This document shows positions 10,835 through 19,396 of a stretch of 47,491 bases of DNA, piece by piece. This stretch comes from a virus. Positions within the stretch are counted from its first letter, which is position 1. The number at the start of each line of letters is the position of its first letter. The stretch covers positions 1-47,491 of the IMG/VR virus record IMGVR_UViG_3300037722_000333; one strand, 5' to 3'. A program made the position numbers and the translations under genes. Under the pieces are notes generated by a model. That model was not told where the DNA came from. It worked only from the letters and a program-made list of their open reading frames with translations, and ran no database searches.

Positions 10835-11419
10835 TTAACTTGCGGGGCTTTCGGGTCCCGCATTTTTTGTAGGCATTAGAACGCCCCATGTGGTGAATAC
10901 CAACATGCGTATCTGTATGATGCAATCGATCTTTGCATCGTGTTTGCCGGCAAGATCACAGTGTGTTTGTACCTCTTTTACATCCATACCGTTGGTGTCT
11001 ATGTAGGTGTACACATCCCGCGCACTGCGATGTGAGAATGGCCAACTCACATTGTCGTCACGGAAATGTTTCTGCAACATTGGGATATCGAATGCGGTGG
11101 GTTTTGCCCAGATTAGCGTGTTCTTAAGTTCGTCGTCGTAGTATTCTTCCAACCAATATTTGATTTCTTCTGGGGTCATTTGCGGTAAACCGGCCTCTCG
11201 CAAATCAATTTCATGCTTATCGCGGAATTCTTGTGTGGAATGGTAACACTCATACATTGTACTAACATCCAACCTAGCATGCAGGATATTATCATAATCG
11301 ATAATCTTATCCAACTCCGGCGTAATCCCAAACGGCACCATCGCAAGGCTACTAACACCATGCAGCGCTGTATCTAATCCAAACGTTTCCACATCCAACA
11401 TGATATTCTTATACGTCAT
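10835..11419 (-). CDS. DEDDh-type 3'-5' exonuclease (194 aa)
   Basis: ExoI IMLDVETFG, ExoII AFDIPML, ExoIII HDAKIDC. The start is placed at ATG 11419, preceded by AAGAGGAG, rather than at the GTG at 11449 in the track. Confidence 0.7.
   Translation of the reverse strand: MTYKNIMLDVETFGLDTALHGVSSLAMVPFGITPELDKIIDYDNILHARLDVSTMYECYHSTQEFRDKHEIDLREAGLPQMTPEEIKYWLEEYYDDELKNTLIWAKPTAFDIPMLQKHFRDDNVSWPFSHRSARDVYTYIDTNGMDVKEVQTHCDLAGKHDAKIDCIIQIRMLVFTTWGVLMPTKNAGPESPAS
10842..10868 (+). terminator. intrinsic terminator of the late operon
   Basis: GCGGGGC-6 nt loop-GGTCCCGC (7 pairs including one G.U) followed by ATTTTTT. Lies inside the 3' end of the convergent exonuclease gene. Confidence 0.6.
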
Positions 11420-11852
11420 TTTGCAGTACTCCTCTTTTCTGAAACTCACGATATATCACCATGATATATTTAAACTGTCCTTCAGACAAACGTTTTCCAG
11501 ATTGGATCCAATCGAGCATATCGCAGATGAAGATTTCCCAATCTTCGGGAATTCCATCAACTGCATCGATCATTGAATAGATTTGTCTAACGATACGGTT
11601 AGCATCAACAACCTTTCCCGGCGTACGGGGGTTGATCGCGATTTGCTTAGTAGCGAGTGCCGTCATATTGATGACAAGGTGGACCGCCTCAAGGATAAAA
11701 TCCGCAGCTTGCTTAATCACCTTCTCATCAGCGCCGGTAGTTTTCAACTGCGCGAGTCCCGTTTTCTTATCGAACGCAATCACCAGCACGGTTGAGAATT
11801 CGTAGGTTTTTGCGATATAGTCTGGCACGTTCTGCGGAATTTCCTTGGGCAT
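11409..11852 (-). CDS. hypothetical protein (147 aa)
   Basis: ATG 11852 overlaps the upstream stop (TAATG) and is preceded by GGAGAGGAA. The track's longer start (11885) would overlap the upstream gene. Confidence 0.6.
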   Translation of the reverse strand: MPKEIPQNVPDYIAKTYEFSTVLVIAFDKKTGLAQLKTTGADEKVIKQAADFILEAVHLVINMTALATKQIAINPRTPGKVVDANRIVRQIYSMIDAVDGIPEDWEIFICDMLDWIQSGKRLSEGQFKYIMVIYREFQKRGVLQNDV

Positions 11853-13150
11853 TATTGCAGTTCCTCTCCGGTTAAACTTTGCCAAATGTCCAACGCTTCC
11901 GTAGTCTTTGGATCATTATACACATAAGTAATACCATGCACTTCGCTAGTTATCTGAGTGATCTTCGCCGCAGCTTTCATCTCCTCCAACGAATTCATAA
12001 AATCTGCACGCTTCATATCACTGCCCATAACTCCCCATAGTACTCTCTGCGATACTGGACCACGCGCATACTGCAGAAACTCGATCATCTTCTGCCTTGC
12101 AAGTGAGATGGGCGAGAGACCAAATTCTCCCAGCGCTTCTGGCATTCCAACTTCAGTTTCCTCCAGTATCGCCAGTGCGTTCTGAACGTCTTCCTCCACG
12201 ATAGTCATGGACAGCCGCGATAACGCTAGGCAGCTTGCCAATTTCTTCACATGGATATGGCGCCTATCCAGATAGTAGATAAATCTTGGATCATTCAATT
12301 TTGTTCTCACCTTATAACTCTGCCTAAATAACTCTCTCGCACCGTGAGTAGGCTTTAGCACGCCATCCATCTTATAGAATATCGTCGAATACACCGATTT
12401 AATCTGCGCGGCCATCTGCTTATCCAATGGTGCTGGTTCTGCTACATCTTTATACGGGCGATTATCATATACGAGAACTAGCCTACTAGTAAAACCGTGG
12501 TCAACACTAGTAGGCGGGAGGATTCCAGCCATGCTAGTGGGAGTTGTTCCGGCGAGAATACTCATGAGCGGCTTCGGCAACACCATTCTCGTATTCTTTA
12601 GCCGATACTCATACGCCTCTCCATCGAAACATTTATTTAGAAGCGTAATAATCTCCATAGAATTCTGCCCCATAAGACTGCCGAATTCGGTAGCAACTGC
12701 ATATAGGCAATTATCATCCCGCGAGTCAACCCGGATTTGCTGTTCTCTCAACTTAAGCAATAACGCTTCCTGGGAAATTTCCTTACCGCTAATTAACATA
12801 TCTGCCACAGCATCAAATTCCCCTGGTTCCTCAATATCGCTACCATCCAATGCCGCAATCAGCCCTTGTCGCTTTCCGCCCGTATCATCTGGAGCAAACT
12901 TTACCTCAGTAACTTCGCGGAGCATTTTCGTCATTATGTTGATTGCCGTATTCTTTCTGCTAGCCGGCGGCCCGACAAGTATGATATAACTATTCGGATA
13001 GATTTCTTCGATACCGAAATCATAGTAAATCCGCCTGCCCGCGCACGCAGCAATCCCTGATAGGGCACACCAGATGTGAAAGAGTCTTGGGCTTTCGGTA
13101 TCTTCCACATAATCGAGATATAGCTTGAGAAAGTCATTGGCGATTTTCAT
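11852..13150 (-). CDS. P-loop NTPase, putative replicative helicase (DUF3987/D5-like?)
   Basis: 432 aa with the Walker A-like ILVGPPASRKNT. Sits in the replication module. Family assignment is from memory only. Confidence 0.45.
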   Translation of the reverse strand: MKIANDFLKLYLDYVEDTESPRLFHIWCALSGIAACAGRRIYYDFGIEEIYPNSYIILVGPPASRKNTAINIMTKMLREVTEVKFAPDDTGGKRQGLIAALDGSDIEEPGEFDAVADMLISGKEISQEALLLKLREQQIRVDSRDDNCLYAVATEFGSLMGQNSMEIITLLNKCFDGEAYEYRLKNTRMVLPKPLMSILAGTTPTSMAGILPPTSVDHGFTSRLVLVYDNRPYKDVAEPAPLDKQMAAQIKSVYSTIFYKMDGVLKPTHGARELFRQSYKVRTKLNDPRFIYYLDRRHIHVKKLASCLALSRLSMTIVEEDVQNALAILEETEVGMPEALGEFGLSPISLARQKMIEFLQYARGPVSQRVLWGVMGSDMKRADFMNSLEEMKAAAKITQITSEVHGITYVYNDPKTTEALDIWQSLTGEELQ

Positions 13151-13161
13151 TGGATTGGTAC

Positions 13162-13734
13162 TTACTCAACTGCGATTAATCCAATTTTCCTCATTATCCT
13201 ATCCAGCCGTGCGTATAATTCGAGTTTAGTTCCGTTATTCAACAGCGGTGTTACGACATCTGAAGTTACATAATTACGGCTGTCGTTGTCGAATGAACAT
13301 CCATCACGATAAATTTGTATAAGCGTAAACTTAACAAATTTCAATTTTTGTAGACAGTTTACCTCTTCCTGAAAGCCAATATCGGATATTGAACATATAC
13401 GATAGTCCCTGGGATCGCTACCTACGTATTTTTCTATCCAAAGCTTAGTAAATATATCTTTCCCAAACAGCGGCTTATAGTATTGCTCACTTAGCTGTAT
13501 AAGACATTGCCGCGGAGTTCTATTGTAAAACTCCCCCAACGGTCTATCTTTATTTTCTTCGAAATAGAATTTATGATTTGACGGCGTATTCCCGATCTTA
13601 TGCAACGCGAACAATCTCTCTTTCAAAACCGCGGCCATCTTGGTTTTCTTAACTCGGTACTTCTCAAATAAATAATCCGCTGCAGTATCCTTACCGCAGC
13701 CCGGCGCACCATTCAACATGATAATCATCCGCAT
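13162..13734 (-). CDS. deoxynucleoside monophosphate kinase (T4 gp1-like)
   Basis: N-terminal P-loop MLNGAPGCGKDTAADYL matches the GxxxSGKDTxAD start of phage dNMP kinases. 190 aa, in the replication module. Confidence 0.6.
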   Translation of the reverse strand: MRMIIMLNGAPGCGKDTAADYLFEKYRVKKTKMAAVLKERLFALHKIGNTPSNHKFYFEENKDRPLGEFYNRTPRQCLIQLSEQYYKPLFGKDIFTKLWIEKYVGSDPRDYRICSISDIGFQEEVNCLQKLKFVKFTLIQIYRDGCSFDNDSRNYVTSDVVTPLLNNGTKLELYARLDRIMRKIGLIAVE

Positions 13735-13738
13735 TTGC

Positions 13739-14374
13739 TCAATCCCCCAGCTTCGCGTTATTGAAAACTTTATCTATTCCATCTGGCGATTTTACATAGC
13801 CATAAAATGGATAACCCCACCCATTTCGCCTATCGCGTTCGTGCGTATTGTAGTCGCAGAGATCGGAGAACTTGTTAATCTTAACTTCGATACCGAAACC
13901 TTGCAAGAGTCCAATCCAATAGCAAGTACAAGCTTTCTCCTCATCGCGCAAGATGTTGTCTGCAGAAAAATCAATTCCATGTAGATGGATTTCTTCATAT
14001 CTATCAATAAGCGCTGCGTGCAGTAACGCGTATACGACCGTATTGTTTATCCAATTCCAACGACAGTGGGGAAAATAGCTTCCAAGTACTGCCATTAATT
14101 CTCTCAACGGATATCCCTTAATCCATGGGTACTCTACAAACGTATCCGAGGAGATAATCTCAATCTTTCCCTCTTTCAGAAACTCTGCCCATCCTGGAGT
14201 AACCTTCTCTGTGATTGCAAAACTATCCATCCAAAATGTTTTAGTCGGCAATTCCCCATATTTCCGCCGATAAACCTCGCACATCATATTGATTGCATAG
14301 GTATCGCAAGTCTCATCATGAACATAGTAGCTAATGCTGAAACCGCGCCCGAGAATTTCTACCGCGTTTTTCAT
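13739..14374 (-). CDS. Rossmann-like enzyme resembling GT42 sialyltransferase / DUF115 (MptE-like) proteins
   Basis: 211 aa. VEILGRGFSI .. TYAINMM .. YFP .. NNTVVYALLHAALIDRYEEIHLHGIDF aligns by eye with Cst-II VIIAGNGPSL .. VFRCNQF .. YFP .. ITSGVYMCAVAIALGYKEIYLSGIDF (recalled sequence). Confidence 0.35.
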   Translation of the reverse strand: MKNAVEILGRGFSISYYVHDETCDTYAINMMCEVYRRKYGELPTKTFWMDSFAITEKVTPGWAEFLKEGKIEIISSDTFVEYPWIKGYPLRELMAVLGSYFPHCRWNWINNTVVYALLHAALIDRYEEIHLHGIDFSADNILRDEEKACTCYWIGLLQGFGIEVKINKFSDLCDYNTHERDRRNGWGYPFYGYVKSPDGIDKVFNNAKLGD

Positions 14375-14406
14375 ATCTGCTCTCGTTGATCTAGTCGATA
14401 AAGGGT

Positions 14407-14457
14407 GTTCGCCCGGATCGTACTAACAGGGGGGTGCCAATACGAATCCGGGCGAAC
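14407..14457 (-). promoter_or_regulatory. long intercistronic stem-loop (attenuator or RNA-processing site candidate)
   Basis: Perfect 12-bp arms GTTCGCCCGGAT / ATCCGGGCGAAC, extendable by CGTA/TACG with one bulge. No clean U-tract. Confidence 0.5.
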
Positions 14458-14465
14458 GGTGCTAC

Positions 14466-14729
14466 CTATGCAGTGGGGGCTGCATCCACGGCGGCACGAA
14501 GGGCTGCAATTTCTGCCTGAATTTTCGCGGCAGTATGCGGCATGATCTGATCGAAGTCAGTGAGAGACTCACGTTCTCCGGAACTGCCGATTGCAACAAC
14601 TGCGCCGGTAGGCAGAAGCGCTACCAGCTTATCGATTTCTTCTAGAATACGCGTCCGAGACGTATCCCCAATCACGGTACTTACGTCAGCGAAACCGCCG
14701 AAAGTACCGCCAGTCAGTAGATCAGCCAT
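14466..14729 (-). CDS. hypothetical protein (87 aa, Ala/Gly-rich, locally GC-rich)
   Basis: ATG preceded by GAGGTAAAGGACA. Followed by a long perfect hairpin. No recognisable motif. Confidence 0.55.
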   Translation of the reverse strand: MADLLTGGTFGGFADVSTVIGDTSRTRILEEIDKLVALLPTGAVVAIGSSGERESLTDFDQIMPHTAAKIQAEIAALRAAVDAAPTA

Positions 14730-14783
14730 TGTCCTTTACCTCATCTTTTATCTGTGAGAGTTTGCAGATTATCTGCTAATGAA

Positions 14784-17303
14784 TTAACCGTAATTTCGGG
14801 TCTGCATTTCCATCTCATGCTGCCGCATCTTATGCAACAGTTCGCTATCTGCCAAATCAGGATTAAACCCCACCATCCACTTATCTCCCCACGAAAATCC
14901 GCACTTACCTTCTGCGGGCACTGTGAATTCCCGTCCCTTTATCATACACGGTTGTTCCATCAATGTCAAGCACTTTCTTGCTAAATCGATACGATCAATC
15001 GGGATTTGCCATAAGATGCTGTCATGAGTTTGTGTAAGAAACATGGTTCCATGTTCTTCCAAATCAGAACGGTAATAATAATCGAGTAGGGTTTTATTAA
15101 TGGCGCCGCTAGTTCCACCCTGTCCATAATATGCGCTAAGCTCTCGTTGAATATCAGGGGATTTTGCCATATTTCCAAAGAACAGTCGAGTACGACCGAA
15201 CGCACAGGTTGCTTTATTTCCATTGGCAATCGCATCATCGAGTGATTTACGAAACCAGGGGCGTAATCGCGGGTAAAGAACATGATAACTATCCAGAAGT
15301 TTTTGGCAGAAGGTAACCAACTTATCTAATCCCCAAGTACCGGCATCGACATAACCAAGTTGAATTGCGGCAGCTATTGCAGCATCGTGCTTCATCGTTA
15401 TATACAGAGTAAAGCCGCTCATCTGGAAATTGCTTCCGTGCACAATCCGCTTGGTGTTTTGCCGTACACCTTTCAACGGATGGACGACCCAATCTTCTTT
15501 CCTCTTATATGCCTCATATATCTTATCATATGGAACTTTAAAGAAATGCTCTGCATGAACACAGTGTGTATCTCTATCTCCCAGCATAGTCGCGATATAT
15601 TTCTCATCCTCCGCTTCATGTGCAACGTAGTAAGCGTCAGATTGTGAGTAATCTATCTCAAGAAAGAAATAGCCTTCATCAGCAACCACCATATCTTTTA
15701 TCCTATCCGGAACATTCTGGGCAGCTTGTCCTACCCAGAATTGATGGCCCTTCGAATTAAATCTTCCAGTTTCGGTCCCCGCTGCGCCAAGTGCATACAG
15801 CCATCTACCATTCTCCAGCCGCATACCAATCCATTTCTCTTTCCCATTCGCATCTTCTATCGTATGTAGCGGTCCATACTTGCTGATATTATTCGCAGGT
15901 TTCTTAGCTTCCCAGATTTCATCTATATATACAGCGAATAGCTGATGCTTAATTCTGATATTCTCCAACACTTTCTCATCAACAGATCGCGAGCTTTTCT
16001 TATTCTTACCCCTCTGCGGTATTGGCTTAGCGCCGAGCACATCATATATTAAACTAGCAACCTGATATGGTGAGTTGGGATTGAATTCTTCATTATCTAC
16101 CATGATCCGCAATTTCTTCAATGCCGCTTCAGACTCCTCTTGCCAAGCCTCCTTCTTCTGCCATTGCCGTTTACGGTCAACGCGAAATCCTCGCATACTC
16201 CCAGCTAGCGCGGGTCCAACCTGTAAACTGAATTCGACATTATAATTACTTCTTGCCCAATCCAACTTCGCTATTATGCGAACGAGCCAAATCGTATCTA
16301 ACAAAGTGTGCCATGTATCAAGTGCGCCATATCGCCAATAGCGCCACAAACGTTCCGGGTCTTTCGGTACTGTCTCATCCTTATCTCCTTTACTTTCATC
16401 CTTCCAGTATTGACAGTGATCCAGCAACATACTGGAGATAAAATTCAACTTCTTGGGCGCTTCTGTCCATATCGAATGAAATAAATGCAGAGAGTCCAGC
16501 AGGTAATTATTCAAAGGGATACGATACTTAATAAAATAAGCACAATCGTATGCACCATTCTGAAGAGTTTTGATAACTGCATTTCCATTAATTGATTTAC
16601 AGGCATTCCATGCGGCCACTTCCAAGTCTGGAGTATCCCAATAAATGCCACCAGCTTTTGTCGGGTCGATAAATGGGAATACATATGTCACCACCTTTCC
16701 ATCTGGCATGAGTGCGGAGTATTGGATAGAGGATAGCATCCCAAGTGCAGTTTCGCTATCCACCGCTATCAAATGTGCGTTGGCGCAATCACTAACGCAA
16801 CGGTCAATATCACTCTGATTAGCAACAACTTGATAACTAAACTTAGGTTCTTTCCTCCGTTTATCTTCCACCCATCGATTAATCTTCTTGCAATCTTCAT
16901 GCATCACCCAATTAAAATGGTTAACCGTGTTCAATTTAAGAATATTGTCAACTACGATACAGGGAATTTCCCCATACATGTATACACTGCCACGGCATAG
17001 ATCGAGACTGCGGTATCCGGTGAAAAATTCCAACGTCGCCTCGTCGTTAATTACGATAACTTTCGCCTGCAAATTAGCTAGATAGAATTCGACCCGCTTC
17101 TTAACCGCATCCATTCTCTCCGGGTTGAGTATCCAAGTTCCAGAAGTTCCTTTCTTCAGCACTTGCATATCTGGGATATTACGATGCAACGAATGAAACG
17201 CAATCGTTGCCGTATTAATACCGGCGGCTCGCGCGGATAGTTCTACCATCATGCGTTGAGCAGATGAGAAACCGCCACGTGTAAACCATAGGATATCAGA
17301 CAC
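14784..17303 (-). CDS. family-A DNA polymerase with 3'-5' exonuclease domain and an N-terminal extension
   Basis: 839 aa. Exo motifs LIAVDSETAL and QNGAYDCAYF. Pol motif A EIDYSQSDAYY, motif B RQNTKRIVHGSNFQMSG, motif C LTQTHDSILWQ. GTG start at 17303, so the start is uncertain. Confidence 0.9.
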   Translation of the reverse strand: MSDILWFTRGGFSSAQRMMVELSARAAGINTATIAFHSLHRNIPDMQVLKKGTSGTWILNPERMDAVKKRVEFYLANLQAKVIVINDEATLEFFTGYRSLDLCRGSVYMYGEIPCIVVDNILKLNTVNHFNWVMHEDCKKINRWVEDKRRKEPKFSYQVVANQSDIDRCVSDCANAHLIAVDSETALGMLSSIQYSALMPDGKVVTYVFPFIDPTKAGGIYWDTPDLEVAAWNACKSINGNAVIKTLQNGAYDCAYFIKYRIPLNNYLLDSLHLFHSIWTEAPKKLNFISSMLLDHCQYWKDESKGDKDETVPKDPERLWRYWRYGALDTWHTLLDTIWLVRIIAKLDWARSNYNVEFSLQVGPALAGSMRGFRVDRKRQWQKKEAWQEESEAALKKLRIMVDNEEFNPNSPYQVASLIYDVLGAKPIPQRGKNKKSSRSVDEKVLENIRIKHQLFAVYIDEIWEAKKPANNISKYGPLHTIEDANGKEKWIGMRLENGRWLYALGAAGTETGRFNSKGHQFWVGQAAQNVPDRIKDMVVADEGYFFLEIDYSQSDAYYVAHEAEDEKYIATMLGDRDTHCVHAEHFFKVPYDKIYEAYKRKEDWVVHPLKGVRQNTKRIVHGSNFQMSGFTLYITMKHDAAIAAAIQLGYVDAGTWGLDKLVTFCQKLLDSYHVLYPRLRPWFRKSLDDAIANGNKATCAFGRTRLFFGNMAKSPDIQRELSAYYGQGGTSGAINKTLLDYYYRSDLEEHGTMFLTQTHDSILWQIPIDRIDLARKCLTLMEQPCMIKGREFTVPAEGKCGFSWGDKWMVGFNPDLADSELLHKMRQHEMEMQTRNYG

Positions 17304-17466
17304 GATTTACACAGCGTTTAAGAGGCCGACATACATTTGAATTTGGACAGCCCTCAGATTCAACACAGGTAATTTCAATAATATCACCTGTATCATCGCG
17401 AGTTAAAATGTGTGTTACTCTTGGCCATCCGGGAATTGTCGTGTTTTTCTTTGAGATATCACTCAT
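17296..17466 (-). CDS. small Cys-rich protein (56 aa, below the track cutoff)
   Basis: Hand translation: MSDISKKNTTIPGWPRVTHILTRDDTGDIIEITCVESEGCPNSNVCRPLKRCVNRV. ATG preceded by AGGAAAAATC. Its TGA overlaps the polymerase GTG (GTGTCTGA). Confidence 0.4.
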   Translation of the reverse strand: MSDISKKNTTIPGWPRVTHILTRDDTGDIIEITCVESEGCPNSNVCRPLKRCVNRV

Positions 17467-17494
17467 GATTTTTCCTATTTTAACGAAAGAGACT

Positions 17495-17526
17495 GGGAAC
17501 CGCCAGCCAACTCACCAACGGTTCCC
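17495..17526 (-). promoter_or_regulatory. intercistronic stem-loop / weak terminator
   Basis: Perfect 8-bp arms GGGAACCG / CGGTTCCC. In the minus sense it is followed by AGTCTCTTTCGTT. Confidence 0.4.
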
Positions 17527-17538
17527 ATCTCTCACCGG

Positions 17539-18051
17539 CTACGCAGCCGAAACCGGCATCATCTTCGTGCGGTCGATGTTCACATACGGGCGATCTGCAT
17601 CATCCTTATTCCGGCGATGCACAATCGGGGCAATAAACTCGTGTCCCTGATAGCCCGCAAGAACTTCCTGCAAACTACCACTCGCTGTGTAACCCGTATC
17701 TGCGGCGAAAGCCTTGAAGTAGCCAATCCAATCCGTCTGCTTCTCCGGATTGTATCGGAAGATTTCCTTACGAGTTTCGCCGATGATTTCCTCCGGTACT
17801 ACGACAGCGCCCTTTGCCAACGCCTGTATGTTCTTCACTTGGCATTCGACAACGATGGCCGGAACTTTCTTCTGTGTTCCGGAGATTTCCATCATATCCA
17901 GCCCGGCTTCCTTCACAATCCAGTGATAGACTCCGACAGGCATTTGGACGAAGCGCTTCTCGGCAATCTCACTGATATCAATTCCCGCGATATCAGCGAT
18001 GGAGAGATCTTCAGTTTCGTCAACTGCGGTATCAATCGTATCATCAACCAT
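17539..18051 (-). CDS. DUF669-like protein (possible ssDNA-binding protein)
   Basis: 170 aa with an acidic N-terminus, then FVQMPVGVYHWIVKEAGLDM..VPAIVVECQV, which resembles the DUF669 pattern. Adjacent to a Sak4-like ATPase, as is common. From memory only. Confidence 0.4.
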   Translation of the reverse strand: MVDDTIDTAVDETEDLSIADIAGIDISEIAEKRFVQMPVGVYHWIVKEAGLDMMEISGTQKKVPAIVVECQVKNIQALAKGAVVVPEEIIGETRKEIFRYNPEKQTDWIGYFKAFAADTGYTASGSLQEVLAGYQGHEFIAPIVHRRNKDDADRPYVNIDRTKMMPVSAA

Positions 18052-18113
18052 GTTCGTTTTCCTTAGTAGCTCAATTTGGGAGTTTCAGTTTGGAGGATGG
18101 CCCTGCTACGCGC

Positions 18114-18290
18114 TCAGCTTCCGCCGCGAATAATCAATCCATCCTCAGTTTCTTCCACATCATTGATCGCGATTGGATCACTGCCATGGAACGACAAAAA
18201 CACCGGACTATCCAAGTCCTGAATTTGTCGTACTAACGCCTGCAAAAGATCGCGAGACGTGAGTTCCTTCGTAATTACTTCATTAGGCAT
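18114..18290 (-). CDS. hypothetical small protein (58 aa, below the track cutoff)
   Basis: Hand translation: MPNEVITKELTSRDLLQALVRQIQDLDSPVFLSFHGSDPIAINDVEETEDGLIIRGGS. Its ATG overlaps the upstream stop (ATGCCTAA). Confidence 0.45.
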   Translation of the reverse strand: MPNEVITKELTSRDLLQALVRQIQDLDSPVFLSFHGSDPIAINDVEETEDGLIIRGGS

Positions 18291-19299
18291 TCTTCACTCC
18301 TAGGCTTGCTAAAGTTGGTTTCTTAACAGCTTCAATAATTCCACTCGCAGGCTTAGCTTTATCTTTTGCGGTCGCTAATGCGTTATTCAGCTCTCCAGGT
18401 GGATAAAAAATAAATGCCGGGCTTGGACCCCTATCTTCGATATTGGGAATATAGCTCATTTCGCAAATTTTCGCATAGGATAGGTCAGCATAACCGTAAA
18501 TCCCCGGCTTTATACTGCGCGATCCGCCGTCTGCATTGAGTAACGGACGAACGTCGATTTTGTTATTTCCCATACTGTCTATTTTGAATTGCAGTACGTG
18601 TCCAAATAACGTCGGCAGCTTCACCGCATGATTTCCCGTTACCGATATTAGCTGAGTTCGGCTACTCTCCACTACCTGCTTACCGCTGGCATCATCTTTC
18701 CGTTTTTCATAAACCGTACTATGGCCAATCATGACGAAATTACTAGGCATTGCGAAGAATTGCTTAACTGCGAAATCGGCAATCATCCCCGCATGACGGA
18801 AGTATGTCCAACGATCACTCTCCAGATCATGTGGAGAGGACAAATCGATATTGTTTACTTCCGCATAATCTGCCACAATCGAGTCAATCAACCTTGTCCA
18901 GCTATCCATGCCGATGATAATGTCGGCATTCACCAGCCTCGGATTAATTTGCCAGAAAGCATCTTCGCTATTAAAACCCTGCCCGAGATTAACTTCAATC
19001 TGGCGCTTCGTGTCATTCCAGATGAAGGGTTTTCCCTGAATAAATTTCGATACGAATTTCTGAAAATTACTTCCGCCCCATGTATCCCAGCAATTGATTA
19101 CGTGAATTCGCGATTGAAGTTCAGCCGGCATTCTCATAATCACCTCCAGACTGCCTTGATCCCCATCTATATAGTACAGGTGTCGGCCAGTTTTCACAGC
19201 TTCGGTTAGCCAGGATGTCTTGCGAGTTTTCCCATAGCCATAGATCAATATCTTGAGTAGCTTATTCGGGTTTTGCTTCTCATATGCGATATCACCCAT
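18283..19299 (-). CDS. Sak4-like / AAA_24-type recombination ATPase
   Basis: 338 aa. Walker A-like ILIYGYGKTRKTS near the N-terminus and Walker B-like DIIIGMDSW. Sits in the recombination-module neighbourhood. Confidence 0.5.
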   Translation of the reverse strand: MGDIAYEKQNPNKLLKILIYGYGKTRKTSWLTEAVKTGRHLYYIDGDQGSLEVIMRMPAELQSRIHVINCWDTWGGSNFQKFVSKFIQGKPFIWNDTKRQIEVNLGQGFNSEDAFWQINPRLVNADIIIGMDSWTRLIDSIVADYAEVNNIDLSSPHDLESDRWTYFRHAGMIADFAVKQFFAMPSNFVMIGHSTVYEKRKDDASGKQVVESSRTQLISVTGNHAVKLPTLFGHVLQFKIDSMGNNKIDVRPLLNADGGSRSIKPGIYGYADLSYAKICEMSYIPNIEDRGPSPAFIFYPPGELNNALATAKDKAKPASGIIEAVKKPTLASLGVKNA

Positions 19300-19302
19300 A
19301 TC

Positions 19303-19395
19303 TCAATCCTCACTTCCGAGTATAATTGCAGCTACTGCAATGCCGCAGATAAACCCCGCAATAATTCCGAGAACTATTAAAACGAAAATATCCAC
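19303..19395 (-). CDS. micro-ORF encoding a 30-aa transmembrane peptide
   Basis: GTG start 9 nt after AGGAG. Product MDIFVLIVLGIIAGFICGIAVAAIILGSED. Fills the gap between two genes. Confidence 0.35.
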   Translation of the reverse strand: MDIFVLIVLGIIAGFICGIAVAAIILGSED

Positions 19396-19396
19396 T

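Noticed and set aside
13867-13879. A further partial copy of the 12-bp motif (AGAACTTGTTAAT) inside the DUF115-like gene
   Set aside because: It matches only as a 9-mer (AACTTGTTA). That is expected by chance at roughly 0.4 copies in this amount of sequence, and it lies in coding DNA in the opposite sense to transcription.
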